64,000 bases of DNA, from positions 18,042,001 through 18,106,000 of the forward strand of contig JBHGNT010000012.1 of NCBI GenBank assembly GCA_043228905.1, in the 5' to 3' direction. A program made the translations under genes and the position numbers. Numbering within the stretch: the first letter of the stretch is position 1; each line of letters starts with the position of its first letter. The stretch comes from Azolla caroliniana (Eukaryota; Plantae; Polypodiophyta). The notes under the pieces are model-generated. The model was given only the letters and a program-made list of their open reading frames with translations. It was not told where the DNA came from and did not search any database. Shown piece by piece: positions 1 to 12,612 of the stretch.

Positions 1-707
1 ACAACATGAGCAGTATCTACCTAGCTCGGAACCCTGTATTCCACGTGCGGACTAAACATATCGAAGTTCACTACCACTTCATCCGAGAGTGCATTCAAGT
101 TGGAGATGTCGATTTATAGCACAACAACACGAACCTTTAGGTGGCTGACATCTTCACAAAAGCCGTGGGTATCGACAAGTTGCGGAAGTTCGCGACGAGC
201 CTTGGTCTCTCGCTCACCGACTAGTTGTGCCTGAGAGGGAGTACCGAAAAATAATAGTAGTCGATCAGTCGATCGAAGCTAACTAGAAAAGTCGAAGTAC
301 GATGATAATCGAGCCGAACAAGGAGCAAGCCGTGTCGACTAACCTTTCGAAAGCCGATGCATCAGTCGAATCAAAGTTTTTCAAGAATCGAACCAAACCA
401 ACTTTTCAACATCCGCAAGTTGTGTTCGAAGGGGTGTGTTGAGAACCGAACTCAACTTCCCATAAAGATAGTGTTCACGCTAGCCAATGGACATCTTACG
501 AGGCTAGTATTGTCAATAGTAGAAAGGACAGTTGCCCTTAGAGACTAGTTGGTATTTAAACCAACCCCTTGTAACTTAGTTGTCGTTGGTCATTCTTATT
601 TTTCTTGTAATACAGTTTTTTGTTTTTTGTAACCTTGCATTCTCTCTCTCTCTCTCTCTCCACACACACACGCACGCACACACAGTTCTTCCACCCGATT
701 CCTTACA
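1..707 (+). mobile_element. Ty1/copia 3' end: RNase H remnant, PPT and 3' LTR (437-707)
   Basis: Translation DNMSSIYLARNPVFHVRTKHIEVHYHFIRE...ADIFTK with stops; purine tract aaggggtg followed by TGTTGA at 437; LTR ends ...CCTTACA at 707, abutting LINE sequence. Confidence 0.85.
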
Positions 708-716
708 ATAGCAATA

Positions 717-2195
717 GTGCAAGAAACAAAACAAGAATTGACAATATTGCTTTTGGATTTTGAGAAAGCATATGACAGAGTCGATTGGAATTTCTTATAT
801 GAAGTTATGGGTCATCTAGGTCTTCCAAGTGACTATGTTAAGGTTGTTTTTGCATTATATAATTCCACATCTAGTCGAGTTCTTGTTGGAGGAGCACTAG
901 GTAATACTTTTTCAATTACTAGATTGGTGACACAAGGATGTCCTTTGGCTCCATGTTTATTTCTATTTGTGGGAGAAGCCTTTAGTGCATTCTTGCATAA
1001 GAATAGGTTATCTATTAAAGGAATACAATTGCCAAGTGTGGAGGAGGCTATGTTAGAGTGTGAATTTGCAAATGATACAACATTATACGTTGTAAGATAT
1101 GACAGAAATCTCTATAATGTGCAAAATGTGATCCATGACTTTTGTGATGCTTCAAGTGCTATTATTAATTGGCATAAATTAGTGGGATTTTGGGTTGGGG
1201 AAGGTCTTATTCCTACTTGGTGTCCAGACAGTGGATTCCGATGGATACCAAAGGGCTCTCTTGTGAGATATTTAGGGTGCCAAGTGGGAATTAATCTTCC
1301 TCTAGAAGCTAATATACAACCATTACTACTTTCTTTGAGGAAGAAATTGATTTTCTGAAGTACTAAGAATTTGTCACTTGCGGGGAGGCTAGTTATTTCT
1401 AATCAAGTATTACTCTCCTCAATGTGGTATATTCTATCCTCTTGGTTATTCTCCAGATCTTTGTTGTTAAAGTTACAGAGATTGATTAGAAATTTTTTAT
1501 GGGGATCTACTGATTTTAAGAATGTTAGACCAAATGTAGCTTGGAAAACTATTATATCGCCGACTTCTCAAGGGGGTTTATGTTTGGTAGATCCTCCGAT
1601 GAAATGTAAGGAATTATTGGCAAAAGTTATAGTACGAGGATTACTGCCAGGAAATGAGCCTTGGAAGATGCTTCTTCAGTTGCGAATGAAAGAGGTCTTC
1701 CCGAAAACTAGAGGTGAATGGTCAAGGTCTCTCAGATAGTGGTTTATTCCTAACTTCCATTAGCATAAGATAGTGTTTCAAAATGATAGATTCTTCGTTG
1801 CGATAAAGCGAGCATGGTGGTCCATAATGGATAATTTGCAACAATTCCAACCCACTTCGATGGATGAATGGTTACATCAACCCTTGGTTCGGAATCTTTT
1901 ATTTCTAGATGTTGAAGGACCTATGTTGGAGAGGAGAGTCACATTAAATTGGGCTCAAGTGGATTCATCTTTTGCTTCATCACTTAGTAATTAGCAACAA
2001 TTTGTTCACAACCCTACTCATATTATTCAACAAGAGTACAAAGGAATAAGAGGAGGAAAGGTGATAGTTGATGAGCTAAAGAAGTTGTTGTTACCCTTGC
2101 AGGATAATATACTTTCTAATTGTCATAAGTGGGTGGGATTAATTTCAAATTTTCAGGTTTTACTTGGAGTCTGTGGCCTGAGAGAAACAAGGAGG
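717..2195 (+). mobile_element. Degenerate L1/Tx1-clade LINE ORF2 (RT) fragment
   Basis: Motifs LLDFEKAYDRVDW, QGCPLAP, FANDT (degenerate FADD), RYLG, SLAGRLVISNQVL, RNFLW, GGL; premature stops. Confidence 0.9.
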
Positions 2196-3390
2196 TCTAT
2201 GACATGGGGAAGGAACAAGGGTCAGAAGCTGGGGTTGGGGTTGGGGTGGCATAAGGCTTGATGCGGGCAACTTGGGAGGAGGTGAATCGACTGTTGGAAT
2301 CACGTTGGAGCAAGTACATGGTGGATTTGATGACACAAACTACGGTGAATGAGTCAAATTCCTCGGTGCTTGTAGCGTTGTTGTGCGACTTGTAGGTTTT
2401 AGGAGCTGGCTTGTCAAATGGGGGGGGGCATTTGTTGGAGATAGAGCCCCCAAGTGGCACCATCCATTTTGGTAGGGTTGGAATGGACATCAATGGACGA
2501 TTCTGGTGGGAGGCAATGGTCACGCCCATAGAGTGCTCGAAAAGGGCTGATTTGTGTGGTCATCTCTTGCTTGAGGGTCTTGTTGACGCATTTGGTGAGG
2601 CCATTTGTCTGAAAGATCAATCACTTTTGTGGAATGAGGCCCACCTGGACGTGGCTAAGGTGGGGGACATGAGGGCTATCGGGGAAAAGATCAATTGGCG
2701 GAGAAAGATCAATCGCTCTTGTGGACTGAGGACCTCTTGGACTTCGTTGAGGTGGGGGACAAGAGGGCTATCGTGTAGGAGGGGGATTAGGGGAGCTCGT
2801 GGCACAAGAAGTTAATGGGTAGTGAAGTCAATTGTAGCGCGACACTTGAGGAACCAATCACAACCTAAGGTGAGGGAGAAGAGTTGGTAGGGCAAGACAT
2901 AAAGGTGGTGTGAGAAAGTGAGATTGCCTAAGGTGATGATGCAATGGGCTTGTGTGCGAGAGTGGTATAGATGTTGGTGATCGCCAAAAAGGACTTAGAT
3001 GGAGGGAGTGGTAGATGTCGGGAGGCCTAACTGGTGAACTAAGGCGATGCTAATGGAAGAGATACTGATATGGTAGTCGACTAACAAGATAGTGTGGGTC
3101 GAGTGATTGACGGTGGTGAGAGCGATGCATACCTACGACGCGAAAGAGGCGGATTATTGGATGTGGGGGACTGATACCCTGCATCTCCACCAATATGTGA
3201 AATGCACATAAGAGATCAAAACCATCCTACGTATCTTCGTACTCCTTGCTTAATTTATAGTTTATACAAAGGTACCCATTTGGGTTGGCTTAGCTACATG
3301 CGTGCTAAAAAGGGTGTGCTAAAAGGGTGGCACAAAGGAACACATGCACACCACAATATATTGTTTAAGTCGACATACCTTTCCAATATC
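2196..3390 (-). mobile_element. Internally deleted Ty3/gypsy remnant (protease and integrase pieces, tRNA-Ala-type PBS, probable LTR ~3196-3390)
   Basis: Minus-strand LTLGCDWFLKCRATIDF (retropepsin C-terminus); QTNGLTKCVNKTLKQ..SPFRALYGRD (integrase); TGGTGGAGATGCAGGGTATC at 3192-3173. Confidence 0.7.
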
Positions 3391-4024
3391 CTCTTAGCCT
3401 CTTTAAGTTGGGACCTTTGATCCCTACAATTTGCACCAGGTGCAAATTGAACACTCTCACATATTTCTTGTCGTCACATATTGCTTATACCATTCTATGA
3501 ACATTCCTCTGATGCAAGCACCAATTTCACTGTCCCCGATTAAGACATACACAGGGTTGGTAATTGATCGGTTTATTCTTCCTCTCAAAGCAATATACTT
3601 AATAAACAACCAATGTCTTTCGACCATATTGATATTGTCAACACGTCCGTAGTTGAACATTCTACCAAACTTGGGCTGGAGTTTCTCCATACACGTGTCA
3701 AACCACATCCTCCTCCTTTTATATATCGCCAAACATCGGGCTTGTTCGCATATTCTACTTTAACTCTTTGTTGAGAATCAAGCTCAACCCATCCTAGTGT
3801 GTAAACACACTAGTGAGTTACACACCACCACTATGTAATATAATTAAGTGTCATAGGAGTTACATTATATGACACATAGTTAATGAGGCTTGAAACATAA
3901 CTCATGTATCATAGGAGTTACACTCTATGACACATAGATAATGATATTCCCCACTCCCCAAGATTGTAGAGAATGAATGAGTGGTATAGTGAGAGCATGA
4001 CATTATATAAAGCACTCTCGAAGC

Positions 4025-4270
4025 TCACCGACGATGAGGGGTTAGTCCCTCGGCTAGGAGCTGCCACGTGATGGAGACGACCTGGGTGTGGAGGTGGACA
4101 TGTGGCAAGACGCTGTGGTGGATGTAGGCTTGGATTTGGCGGCGGTCGGAGAAGGAGTGGGTCCACCAAGAGTTGGGATGGAAGGAGAAGGAGCAGAGGT
4201 GGGAGGGGACGTCGCAACAGCAGCGCTGGTACACATTCACGGACCCATGTGCCGCCAACCATGCCCGATT
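4025..4270 (-). pseudogene. Possible degenerate GH17 (beta-1,3-glucanase-like) fragment
   Basis: PNSWWTHSFSDRRQIQAYIHHSVLPHVHLHTQVVSIT resembles the GH17 segment PN..L..las....A..Wv...V.py...t.I..I; no signal peptide or continuation seen. Confidence 0.35.
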
Positions 4271-4416
4271 TCTTAGTATTTTTGTATATGTATGTACCGT
4301 ATGTATGTGTGTATAACAAATGTAACGTCCAAAGGTGGGCAAATGCAAAGACACACGAAACGAAAGAATGAAAAGAGAAACAAAGAAAAAACATCTCCCC
4401 CCCTTATTCCCTTTCC

Positions 4417-4418
<2 letters not shown>

Positions 4419-4459
<41 letters not shown>

Positions 4460-4472
4460 CATACACATACAC

Positions 4473-4535
<63 letters not shown>

Positions 4536-4565
4536 AAGAAGAAGAAGAAGAAGAAGAAGAAGAAG
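4419..4565. repeat. Compound microsatellite (CA)n-(GA)n-(GAA)n
   Basis: Directly visible. Confidence 0.97.
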
Positions 4566-4645
4566 GACAAACGAATCGACCTTCTCCTCCTTCTCCTTCT
4601 CTGTGCTTCACTTCCTTCTTGCATTCCTTCTCATGCAGATCCGCT

Positions 4646-6952
4646 ATGGCGGCATTGGCCACAGCGTCTCCATCCCCATCCACATTTCCACACTCTTCAC
4701 TGCCTCCCGCTCCCATTCCTTCCTTCCGTCATCATCTTTTTCCTGTTTCTCCTTCTTTCTCCTCCTCAAACCCTGGTTCTGGTTCCTGCTTCTGCGCTCG
4801 GATTCAGCTGCGGAGACATCACTTCTCACCATGTTCCTGCTCGCAATGTGGTTCAAATGCTTCTCTCCAACATCATTTCTAAGGTGAAGCTCCTCGAGGC
4901 CATTCCTTCTGCTCTCCACGCTCTCGCTGGCTCAGGAATCGAGGTTATGGTCGGAATTCCTAACGTATTTCTTCACAGCTTTGCTTCTTCTTCTTCTTCT
5001 TCTTCTTCTTCTTCTGCTGCTGCTGCAGATGCGTGGATACAATATAACCTCACAGCTTTCATGGGGAAAGGAGGAGTGAATATCAAGTAAGTATGGAATA
5101 CGTCCTTTTTCGCAGCTGCTTTTCTTCATTTTATATGACCTGTTCCTCTGTTGTCGCTCACTTAAGTTCTTACGGAAGAAGAACTCGATCAGAAACGAGC
5201 TAAACATCAAATAAATAGCATGATTCGGAACTTTTGTGCAATAATGCGTAGTACACGTGGCAATCGAAGGGGAATTTTCCCAAAAACGCGTTAAAATACG
5301 GTCAAAGATTCAAAGAGCTGGCATTATCTAGAAATCTTGGTAAGAGTCTAGAGTGTGAGCTTTGAGATTATTTGAGAATGGGAGGAACTGTTAGGAGTGC
5401 ACCATTTTCCGTGTGAACAATTAACTCTATACCGCAGAACCTGCTGCAGTTATGGGGCTTGTTGATTATTAGACAGTGGCTTTTCTCTGTGTCTCCGTGT
5501 CATAACGCCTCTCCATCCTTGATCCAGGATCTTCAACATTCTTTGTTATGCATTGATCTGCCGTATACACAAGATAGAAAATCGTTTAGTTTGCTCCTTT
5601 AGTGATTTATATATGTGCGACGAAGCTTTTCTTTTCTCTGTGTTCGTCCCCAAGAACCTAGGTTTTCAGCATTAGATTCTCTTATTCGATCACATTTCCA
5701 GGACCTTGCTATTTTATCTGATCTACTCATCATCAATCCATTGCCGTTGCATTTTGCTGCTTACAGAAGGACAATTCAGCACAAAAAGACGTACAACGTA
5801 AATGATTAGTATGATCTGGAAGAGTTTGCGGAAGAAACTTGCGTTCTGAAGGAAACATAATGATAAGAGTGTACGATGTTGTTAAATGGAAGATGGACGA
5901 AACTTTCCTTTCGCCACGTTGTTCTCAGTAATTTGCTGTTGTCAAGCACAACATTGTTTCTTTCTTATGACATTTCAAGGGACATTGCCGTCAAGACTCC
6001 AACCGGATTCAAACGTTACTCTCGTATTCACCGAGTGGAATTTATATATCTTTCTATATATATTATCTCACCGCAACTTGCAATAAATATAGAAGCTTTT
6101 GCCATCAGGTACCAAAGAGTTTATCTTTCTGCTATCAATTACTTTCGCATTATGCAGAAAAGCAGCATACATGAATATTATTCACACCTTATACTCCTTT
6201 ATGGTTCTCTTACCTCTTGGTCAAACACTTGGTCAGTAAGAACCTTGACGTTGTCTCGACTAGCTCCGTAGCCATCGTAATCAGAATAAAGCGAGAAATA
6301 TCGATAATGACTTGATTGCAGCAGAATGAAATGTCAATCTAGATGTTATGAATCGTATGTGTGTAACTTAGCAAATAATTGAAATTAGAGTACTCCCAAT
6401 TTGTGCAATATGTGTAGCTTGGGTCTGCAGTTGTAGGATCTTATTATGGTTCCTATTGCAGTGTAATTTATTTATGCATCAATGTTGTCCCAATTAGTCG
6501 ATCTGCTAGATTATGTATATGAAAAACACAATGTTCCCATGGAGTATGCCCAATATTGCTTTTAGAACAGATTCATTTGTGACTATGCACTGATCCAAAT
6601 TATAACTCTGATCATTTCGTCTTCTTTTATCTATGAAGGTGTCAAAACATTGCTTTTTCTTAGAATTGAGATGAAATTGATGCCTTATGAAACCAACCAT
6701 CTCTTGTTACATTCAAAATTTAGCCTCAGAATTATATATATATGATGCTAAGAAATTTATGAATAATCCGCTAATCTCTGCTTATATACTTCTTTGAAAA
6801 TACATTACAGATACATTGCAGTAGGTAATGAACCATTTCTGACGGCATAGGCATACTGAACTCAATGCCAGAATGATACATAATATGCTATGAAGAATGT
6901 TTACGAATCAATTGTAAAAGCACGTCACCTTGATAGCATGTATGCCATGGTC
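4646..6952 (+). pseudogene. Glucan endo-1,3-beta-glucosidase (GH17) pseudogene; exon 1 to 5086, intron 5087-6810, exon 2 from 6811
   Basis: Hydrophobic signal-like stretch, then ALGFSCGDITSHHVPARNVVQML..KVKLLEA..ALAGSGIEVMVGIPN..DAWIQYNLT..GGVNIK; GTAAGT donor at 5087 and TACAG acceptor at 6810 join in frame to YIAVGNEPFLTA*; TAG at 6848-6850; then QNDT*YAMKNVYESIVKA; nearest ATG (4646) is out of frame. Confidence 0.88.
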
Positions 6953-7649
6953 TTCTAGACAACATCATTAGTTATCATTAGGTATCATTAATGATAATTT
7001 CCAGACAACCTAACGGAAGCATATTCTTCGATGAAATCTTATTAAAAATAAATAAATCCTACATTGAGATAGACATTTTGAACTTTTCTTATTAGAGATG
7101 GAATTGTTGTCATGTTAGTAATTTTGTCCCTCAAACCTAAATATCAAAGCTTGATTTTACCATACTAAGATTTCTTTAATTTCGATGGATTTAATTGTAT
7201 CATTTGAAAATAAATGTTTAAACCCACTCCAAATCAGTGATGGTTGAAGATCTAGGGATGATTAAGACTAATACTCCATGGCTGAAAATTTTTAAAACCT
7301 ATAAAGCTTGAATGTTTCCATATACAGAAACTTAAGTATGTTGGTAACAAAATCTAGAATAATGATACAAGGTCTAAGTGCAATGGTACATAGTGTCCGA
7401 GTTTATGAACAACAAGGGTGTATACGTTACATAGATTGGCCAAAACACAGACACAGACACACTCATGAGACTCTTGCATTACACATGGAGAGAGAAGAAG
7501 GGGGGAAAAGGCGAGCACCATCCCATCCCATGGAAATGGAACACAGAAATACCACCACGTCAATTCTCTACTGCTACTCCCCCACCTTTGGTCTTTTCTC
7601 CAGTGTTACAATTACTATAGTGTGTCTACGCAGGCATGTATATATAGGT

Positions 7650-7905
7650 ATTACGGGAATCTGTGATTGACCAAATGGAGACTTCTCACCCGAGAACGTT
7701 AGGTATGCGTCTTCTAATCTATGTGGCACCTTGTTGTAATCAGCAATGTCATTTGCCACAAAGCACCTACAACCATCTCCAACAAGGGTCTTGTCCTTAT
7801 CCACTTCAGATCATCCCTTTCTGGGGATGTCGTCAAGTAAGGGCATGGTGATGTTTGGTGCTTGAATGGCTACACTTCAAGTCGGGACAAGTGCATGACC
7901 ATGTG
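7650..7905 (-). mobile_element. Gypsy RT fragment, same clade as the 20264-26575 element
   Basis: DGCRCFVANDIADYNKVPHRLEDAYLTFSGEKSPFGQ matches DGCRRFVADHISDYEKIL...KNSAFRQ at ~24990-25100. Confidence 0.8.
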
Positions 7906-8399
7906 TTTTTATAGTTCTTTTTACATATTGTATATTTATAAATCCAAATGTTCCCCATCTATTTGAATAACCTAGCCAAATCACGACATAAATGTTGTGC
8001 CAAGAAAAGAGGAAGTTAATTCACACTAAGCATCTACCACAAATACGAAAAGAGAAGACATTGATGTTGAAGGTCAAAATGTAATGGCCAATTCCAAGTT
8101 GCAATAGGCTTCAAGAATTTGAGCATCACATGCAATTTGTCCTTAATTTAGTGATTCGTATCAAAGCTATTGTATCAAATAATATGCATCTTTAAACACT
8201 ATAAATATACTACCGTATTGTTCAGCATTGTACATCTATGGTATCATACCTTAACAATACTTTCAGTGAGGCTTGTTTATCTTAATGGCATCAATTCATT
8301 ATAGTATTCTGATATGCATACAAATGTGGATAGTAGCAAGAAGAATGGGCAAAACCTACTTAACTCATTCATGTGATACAAGTGATTCTATGGTTAGCA

Positions 8400-9200
8400 T
8401 CATGTGATATACTGTGTCTATAACATTTCAAAGCCATGTACAACAACCTTGAAGGTCAGGATTGAGGATTCCAGGGAATTACTTCAGAGTTCCAATTTTA
8501 CATATAGAGGAGTTAAGATCTGGCCCCAATGCTGCATCAATGATTGAATCAAAGCTTTCCTGTGATGACAGAAACACTGAATCTCATATTGATTATCAAA
8601 GCTTTCCAAGAATATTATGCCTATTGATAATCTTTGATTGCTAATTAGTACTCAATCCATTTGTTGGCCCGTGAATTGTTCTTACATGATCTAATGTCGC
8701 CCATACAAAATACAGGATTGGTGTGCCGAAAATGATATGGTGTACTCTAGCAATGAGCCAAGACAAGAATAAGTTTGGTACTACCACGCATGTCATTCGT
8801 GTGGTTCACATATTCTCGCCCACCCTCATCATGATTTGCTTGAATCACCCCTATTTCCCATCTCTCGTTCAACTCCTGACTGGGAACCATGACTCATCCC
8901 ATCAAGTAGACGGTGTCAATGGTCATCCAAAACTCCAAGATTTCAATACTATAGATTGTCATCTTGTAGTTGGGCATAGTTCAGTGATTGGTCGGTCACT
9001 CATACCAATTCCCACTTCAATTAGATGATGAGTTTGATGAAGGCTCAAATATCTGCTTGGGAGGAAAGCTTAGATTCGACAACATATGGAAATGTGTCTG
9101 TTAGAAATTAGGAACGAAAGAGTGTTGATAGAAAAGAGATGGTCGTTGCAAATCACATTTCTGCTCAATATCTGAGTTTCTCGTACAATGGAGCTTCAGA
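8400..9200 (-). mobile_element. Heavily decayed copia integrase remnant
   Basis: Minus-strand DEGGREYVNH (degenerate SDNGGEY motif) and scattered integrase-like residues; boundaries approximate. Confidence 0.45.
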
Positions 9201-9512
9201 TTTTGACAGAAGTAATTATTAGATTGAGACAAAAAAGATCATAACCAAGATGATGAATGATAAAAAAGATGCAAGAGTCATAAGTTTCAGGAGACAGAGA
9301 GACATGATTTGTTACCAAATGATCGTCCATTTATAAGCCACGAAATATAACAAGGTAGCAAATTAGTAGGTACAATTTTAATAAGCAGGAGACCATTTTA
9401 TATGATGGTGAGAGACAAGTTATCAAAGAAACTTCATCGATTAATGAACAGTCTTCGATTTACAAAACAAGAGATGTATGTATGTCTAGGGAGGCTGTGC
9501 TCCTATGTAAAC

Positions 9513-10268
9513 CTAAGGAGACTGTGAATGCCTAGGGACGCTGTGGTGAGGCCGAAGCTTCTTAATGACAAATTTAAACTTGGATTTCCGGATAATCTTG
9601 TAATTGCCGGATTCAAGGTTGTCGAACTGCTGTTGTCGCTGCTGTGGCAGACTCCTTTTCACCTCCATGACCTTGTGTTGCTGCTGAAACAGCCGCTTCT
9701 TTTCCTTTGAAGAAGAGGATAATGCAGCGACCCGCATCCGACGGAGTATATTGGGTTTGGCCTTCCTCCATTTCTTAAGTGTATGTTGCTGCTTCTGGAC
9801 CAGGTGATGATGATCCAATTGTTGCTCCCGTAGTTCTTCTGGCTGGAGGAGGCAGATGGTGCGTTGCCGCTTTGCCAAAAGCTCTCGCTCATAACCAGCA
9901 GCTAGCTTCCGTTTTGTAATCTGCATCTTCTCTTCATAGCTGCCGCTGCTGCTGTGATGGTGGAGGAGCTTCTTCCACGCAGAGATGAGGGCTTTGGCGA
10001 GGGAGGCGATGGCGGGAGAAGGGTGTTTGGTTAATTTGTGGACGGCCTTGCCAATGCGGGTGTCGGTGAGAATGTGGACGTCCTTCTGGAGCCGGATGAG
10101 CGGCTGAAGTTTGTGCAGCAGGTCCACCAAGACTGGAATCGAATTCTGGAGAGGACTCGCAGCAATATTCATGATTCGCTGCTCAATTGCTGCAACCTCT
10201 TGGTGGTGACGAGTGTTGACAGCAATGGAGGAGGAGGAGGAGCAATGGGTTGGTAGGCGCATATCCAT
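9513..10268 (-). CDS. TFIIS N-terminal (LW/Med26) domain protein, plant MED26-like, intronless, ~251 aa
   Basis: LVDLLHKLQ...LTDTRIGKAVHKLTKHPSPAIASLAKALISAWKKL (TFIIS-N domain) plus KMQITKRKLAAGYERELLAKRQRTI (plant MED26 C-terminal motif); ATG at 10268, stop at 9513; basic Q/H-rich tail. Confidence 0.8.
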   Translation of the reverse strand: MDMRLPTHCSSSSSIAVNTRHHQEVAAIEQRIMNIAASPLQNSIPVLVDLLHKLQPLIRLQKDVHILTDTRIGKAVHKLTKHPSPAIASLAKALISAWKKLLHHHSSSGSYEEKMQITKRKLAAGYERELLAKRQRTICLLQPEELREQQLDHHHLVQKQQHTLKKWRKAKPNILRRMRVAALSSSSKEKKRLFQQQHKVMEVKRSLPQQRQQQFDNLESGNYKIIRKSKFKFVIKKLRPHHSVPRHSQSP

Positions 10269-10519
10269 GGATTGGATTGGATTGGATTGGAGTGAGCTAG
10301 CTTGTAAGGAGGAATTAGGGTTAGAATTATGGGTTTGCAGGATATTATAGGGGAAATGTGGCAGATGGGATGGGGATAGAGATGGATGCAAGGGGATTGA
10401 GGGATTGAGAGAGAGGGAGAGAGAGAGAGAGAGAGGTGGTGTGCTATTCTGGAGAAAATCGGGAATTAGGGTTAGGGTTAGGAGGTTGCAGGATTTTATA
10501 GGGGAAATGTGTTGGCAAA

Positions 10520-10705
10520 CGCATTTCCTTTGCGTTGCGTTTTCGGCCCCAAATGTTTCTGCGTTTGCCTGCCGTTTGCGTTTTCTGGGGGGGATTTGCG
10601 TTTCTCTGCTTTCTGCGTTTGGTGCAAATTCGTTTGCGTTTCTCTCTGCGTTTTCTGACACGTGGCACCACGTCAGCAGAACAATGATTGCTTGCCACGT
10701 GGCAG
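10520..10705. promoter_or_regulatory. Cluster of TGCGTT(T) motifs and G-box/ABRE elements upstream of the MED26-like ORF
   Basis: About 9 TGCGTT copies in ~130 bp; GACACGTGGC, CCACGTCA and palindromic TGCCACGTGGCA. Confidence 0.45.
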
Positions 10706-12288
10706 GAACCTGAGGCCTGTCGTTTTTCTTTCTTTCCTGATGTCCGGACGAAAAAGGATGATAATAAAGAAAAAAAAAAGAAGGAAAAAAAACAAAAATA
10801 TAAAAACTGTCGTTTGCTGCTTTTTTTTATGTTTTTTTTGTCCCTTTATTTTTTATATTTTCTGAGTCTTTTTTTACTTATTGTTGGAATTTCTATTTAT
10901 TTTTTTTCTTTTTTTAAATGAATTATTTATTACAGTAAAAGACGCTGGTAAAAAAAATGTACAAAAACAGAGTATGTATTTGCAATAGCATCTGAAAGCT
11001 ATAACTTGAAATAGGATGCATATATGAAGCTAACTTGAAATAGAAGAGCCCTGGGGGGTAGGTATATATTAATATGATAATGAATATGGCCCAAGTATGA
11101 AATAAGAAGGTTTAGTACTTAGAATGGAGTAGTAGCAGGATTTTTTAGCAAAAGTATATTTGTGGTTACATTTTGATTCATTTCATAACTGTGCGTGTTT
11201 GCTGCTGAATTGGAATTCACCCCTCTCTCTTTGCCTGTTGAAAATTGAAGACTTCCCAATTTCAACAGCACCATGCTTTATTTTAAACCAAAAGATAACG
11301 GAGAGAAATATTCTTCATGCAGCCATGGGAAGCCAAGTTTTATTATGCTTTTAGCTTTATTCTTCATGCAGCAATGGGAAAAGCCAAGTACATATTCATT
11401 CATTCATTCATCAGAGAGAATTGTAAAAGAGTTATGTAATGTATCGTTTGCAAGTACCTTGACATATGCTGTATTCCGATTTCCAAATTATTCATAGTAC
11501 ATATCTCGTTGGTTACTCATGCATTGGGGAAGAAATACTAGCCTTTTGGATGCTTTTGTGGTCATAAGAAAGGACTTGTAATTCATAGGTTAAAAAATGT
11601 ATACAGTGAGTGCTATACATATTATATCCCTTCCAATTACACAATCATACTTTTGTTTTGAATTGTAAAATTTCATTGAAAGTTTGGTTCTTGAAAACAA
11701 ATCCTACTTCTACCATGTGTTTTACTAGAAGTAGAAGGCTACTATAGATTTCTACAACCAATACTAATGACGGTGATAACTATTATAGCTATACGTAGAG
11801 TCTCCAAACCTTCACCTACAATCCATTAGGAAATACAACGACCCAACCCACCCAATGCACATCTCCTAGTGGTTTCTTTTCCTACAATGTTTTCATAAAC
11901 CATTGAAAGGTGAGATTCCTTAAATACTTCGACCCTTTGCATTTTTCATATACTTTGCATTTTGCATATCTCTTCATCTTGTTTGATGCAAAATTGTTGG
12001 TCATCGTGTCATGGATCATGGAAATCTATGTAGTGATTGATCACCATGGATTTGGTAATACATTGAGGGAAATAGAAGCGTGTTTTTTCATGAGCTTGCG
12101 GGACATGGTAGAATATGCCTATTCTTGAAAAACTCCTCGCCACTAGAGAAATAGTTTATAGTAGGTCAGTCAAATTTGATGAGTTGTCCCTTTTACAGAG
12201 AAATGGAGATACTAAAATTAATGAAGATGGATAGGATCTTGGATGTCTTCCACACTCAATGGAATCTAAGCACGATTGTAGTTACTCA

Positions 12289-12612
12289 AATGCGTTGTCT
12301 CGGATTAAATCTCTTGATGATGCAGAAAAAGAGTCCCTGTCACAGTTGCACACGAAATCCTGACATGAACGGACACCCGTTGAGAATTCAAGGCCCTGTG
12401 TTTCATGTCACAACAACCCTACTATGTGCGCTCAGCCGCACATTCTAAATAATTAGTTGAATGCGTTGTCTCGGACTTAATCTCCTGATAATGTAGCAAA
12501 AGAGTCTCCCTCATGGCTACACATGAAGGGACACCCATTGAGAACTCAAGCCCTTTTGTTTCATGTCACAACAACCCTACTACATGCTCTTAGCTTGACA
12601 CTCGAAATAATT
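12289..12612. repeat. Diverged tandem duplication (~170 and ~155 bp units)
   Basis: aatgcgttgtctcgga...tttcatgtcacaacaaccctacta...aataatta occurs twice in tandem. Confidence 0.85.

Noticed and set aside
4273-4882. Long ORFs with poly-ER/HT/E/K tracts
   Set aside because: Translations of microsatellites
5087-6810. Short ORFs in the AT-rich interval
   Set aside because: Lie within the GH17 intron; no recognisable domains
10269-10661. N-terminal 131 aa of the 382-aa ORF
   Set aside because: Non-ATG start running through motif repeats and microsatellites; more likely promoter/5' UTR
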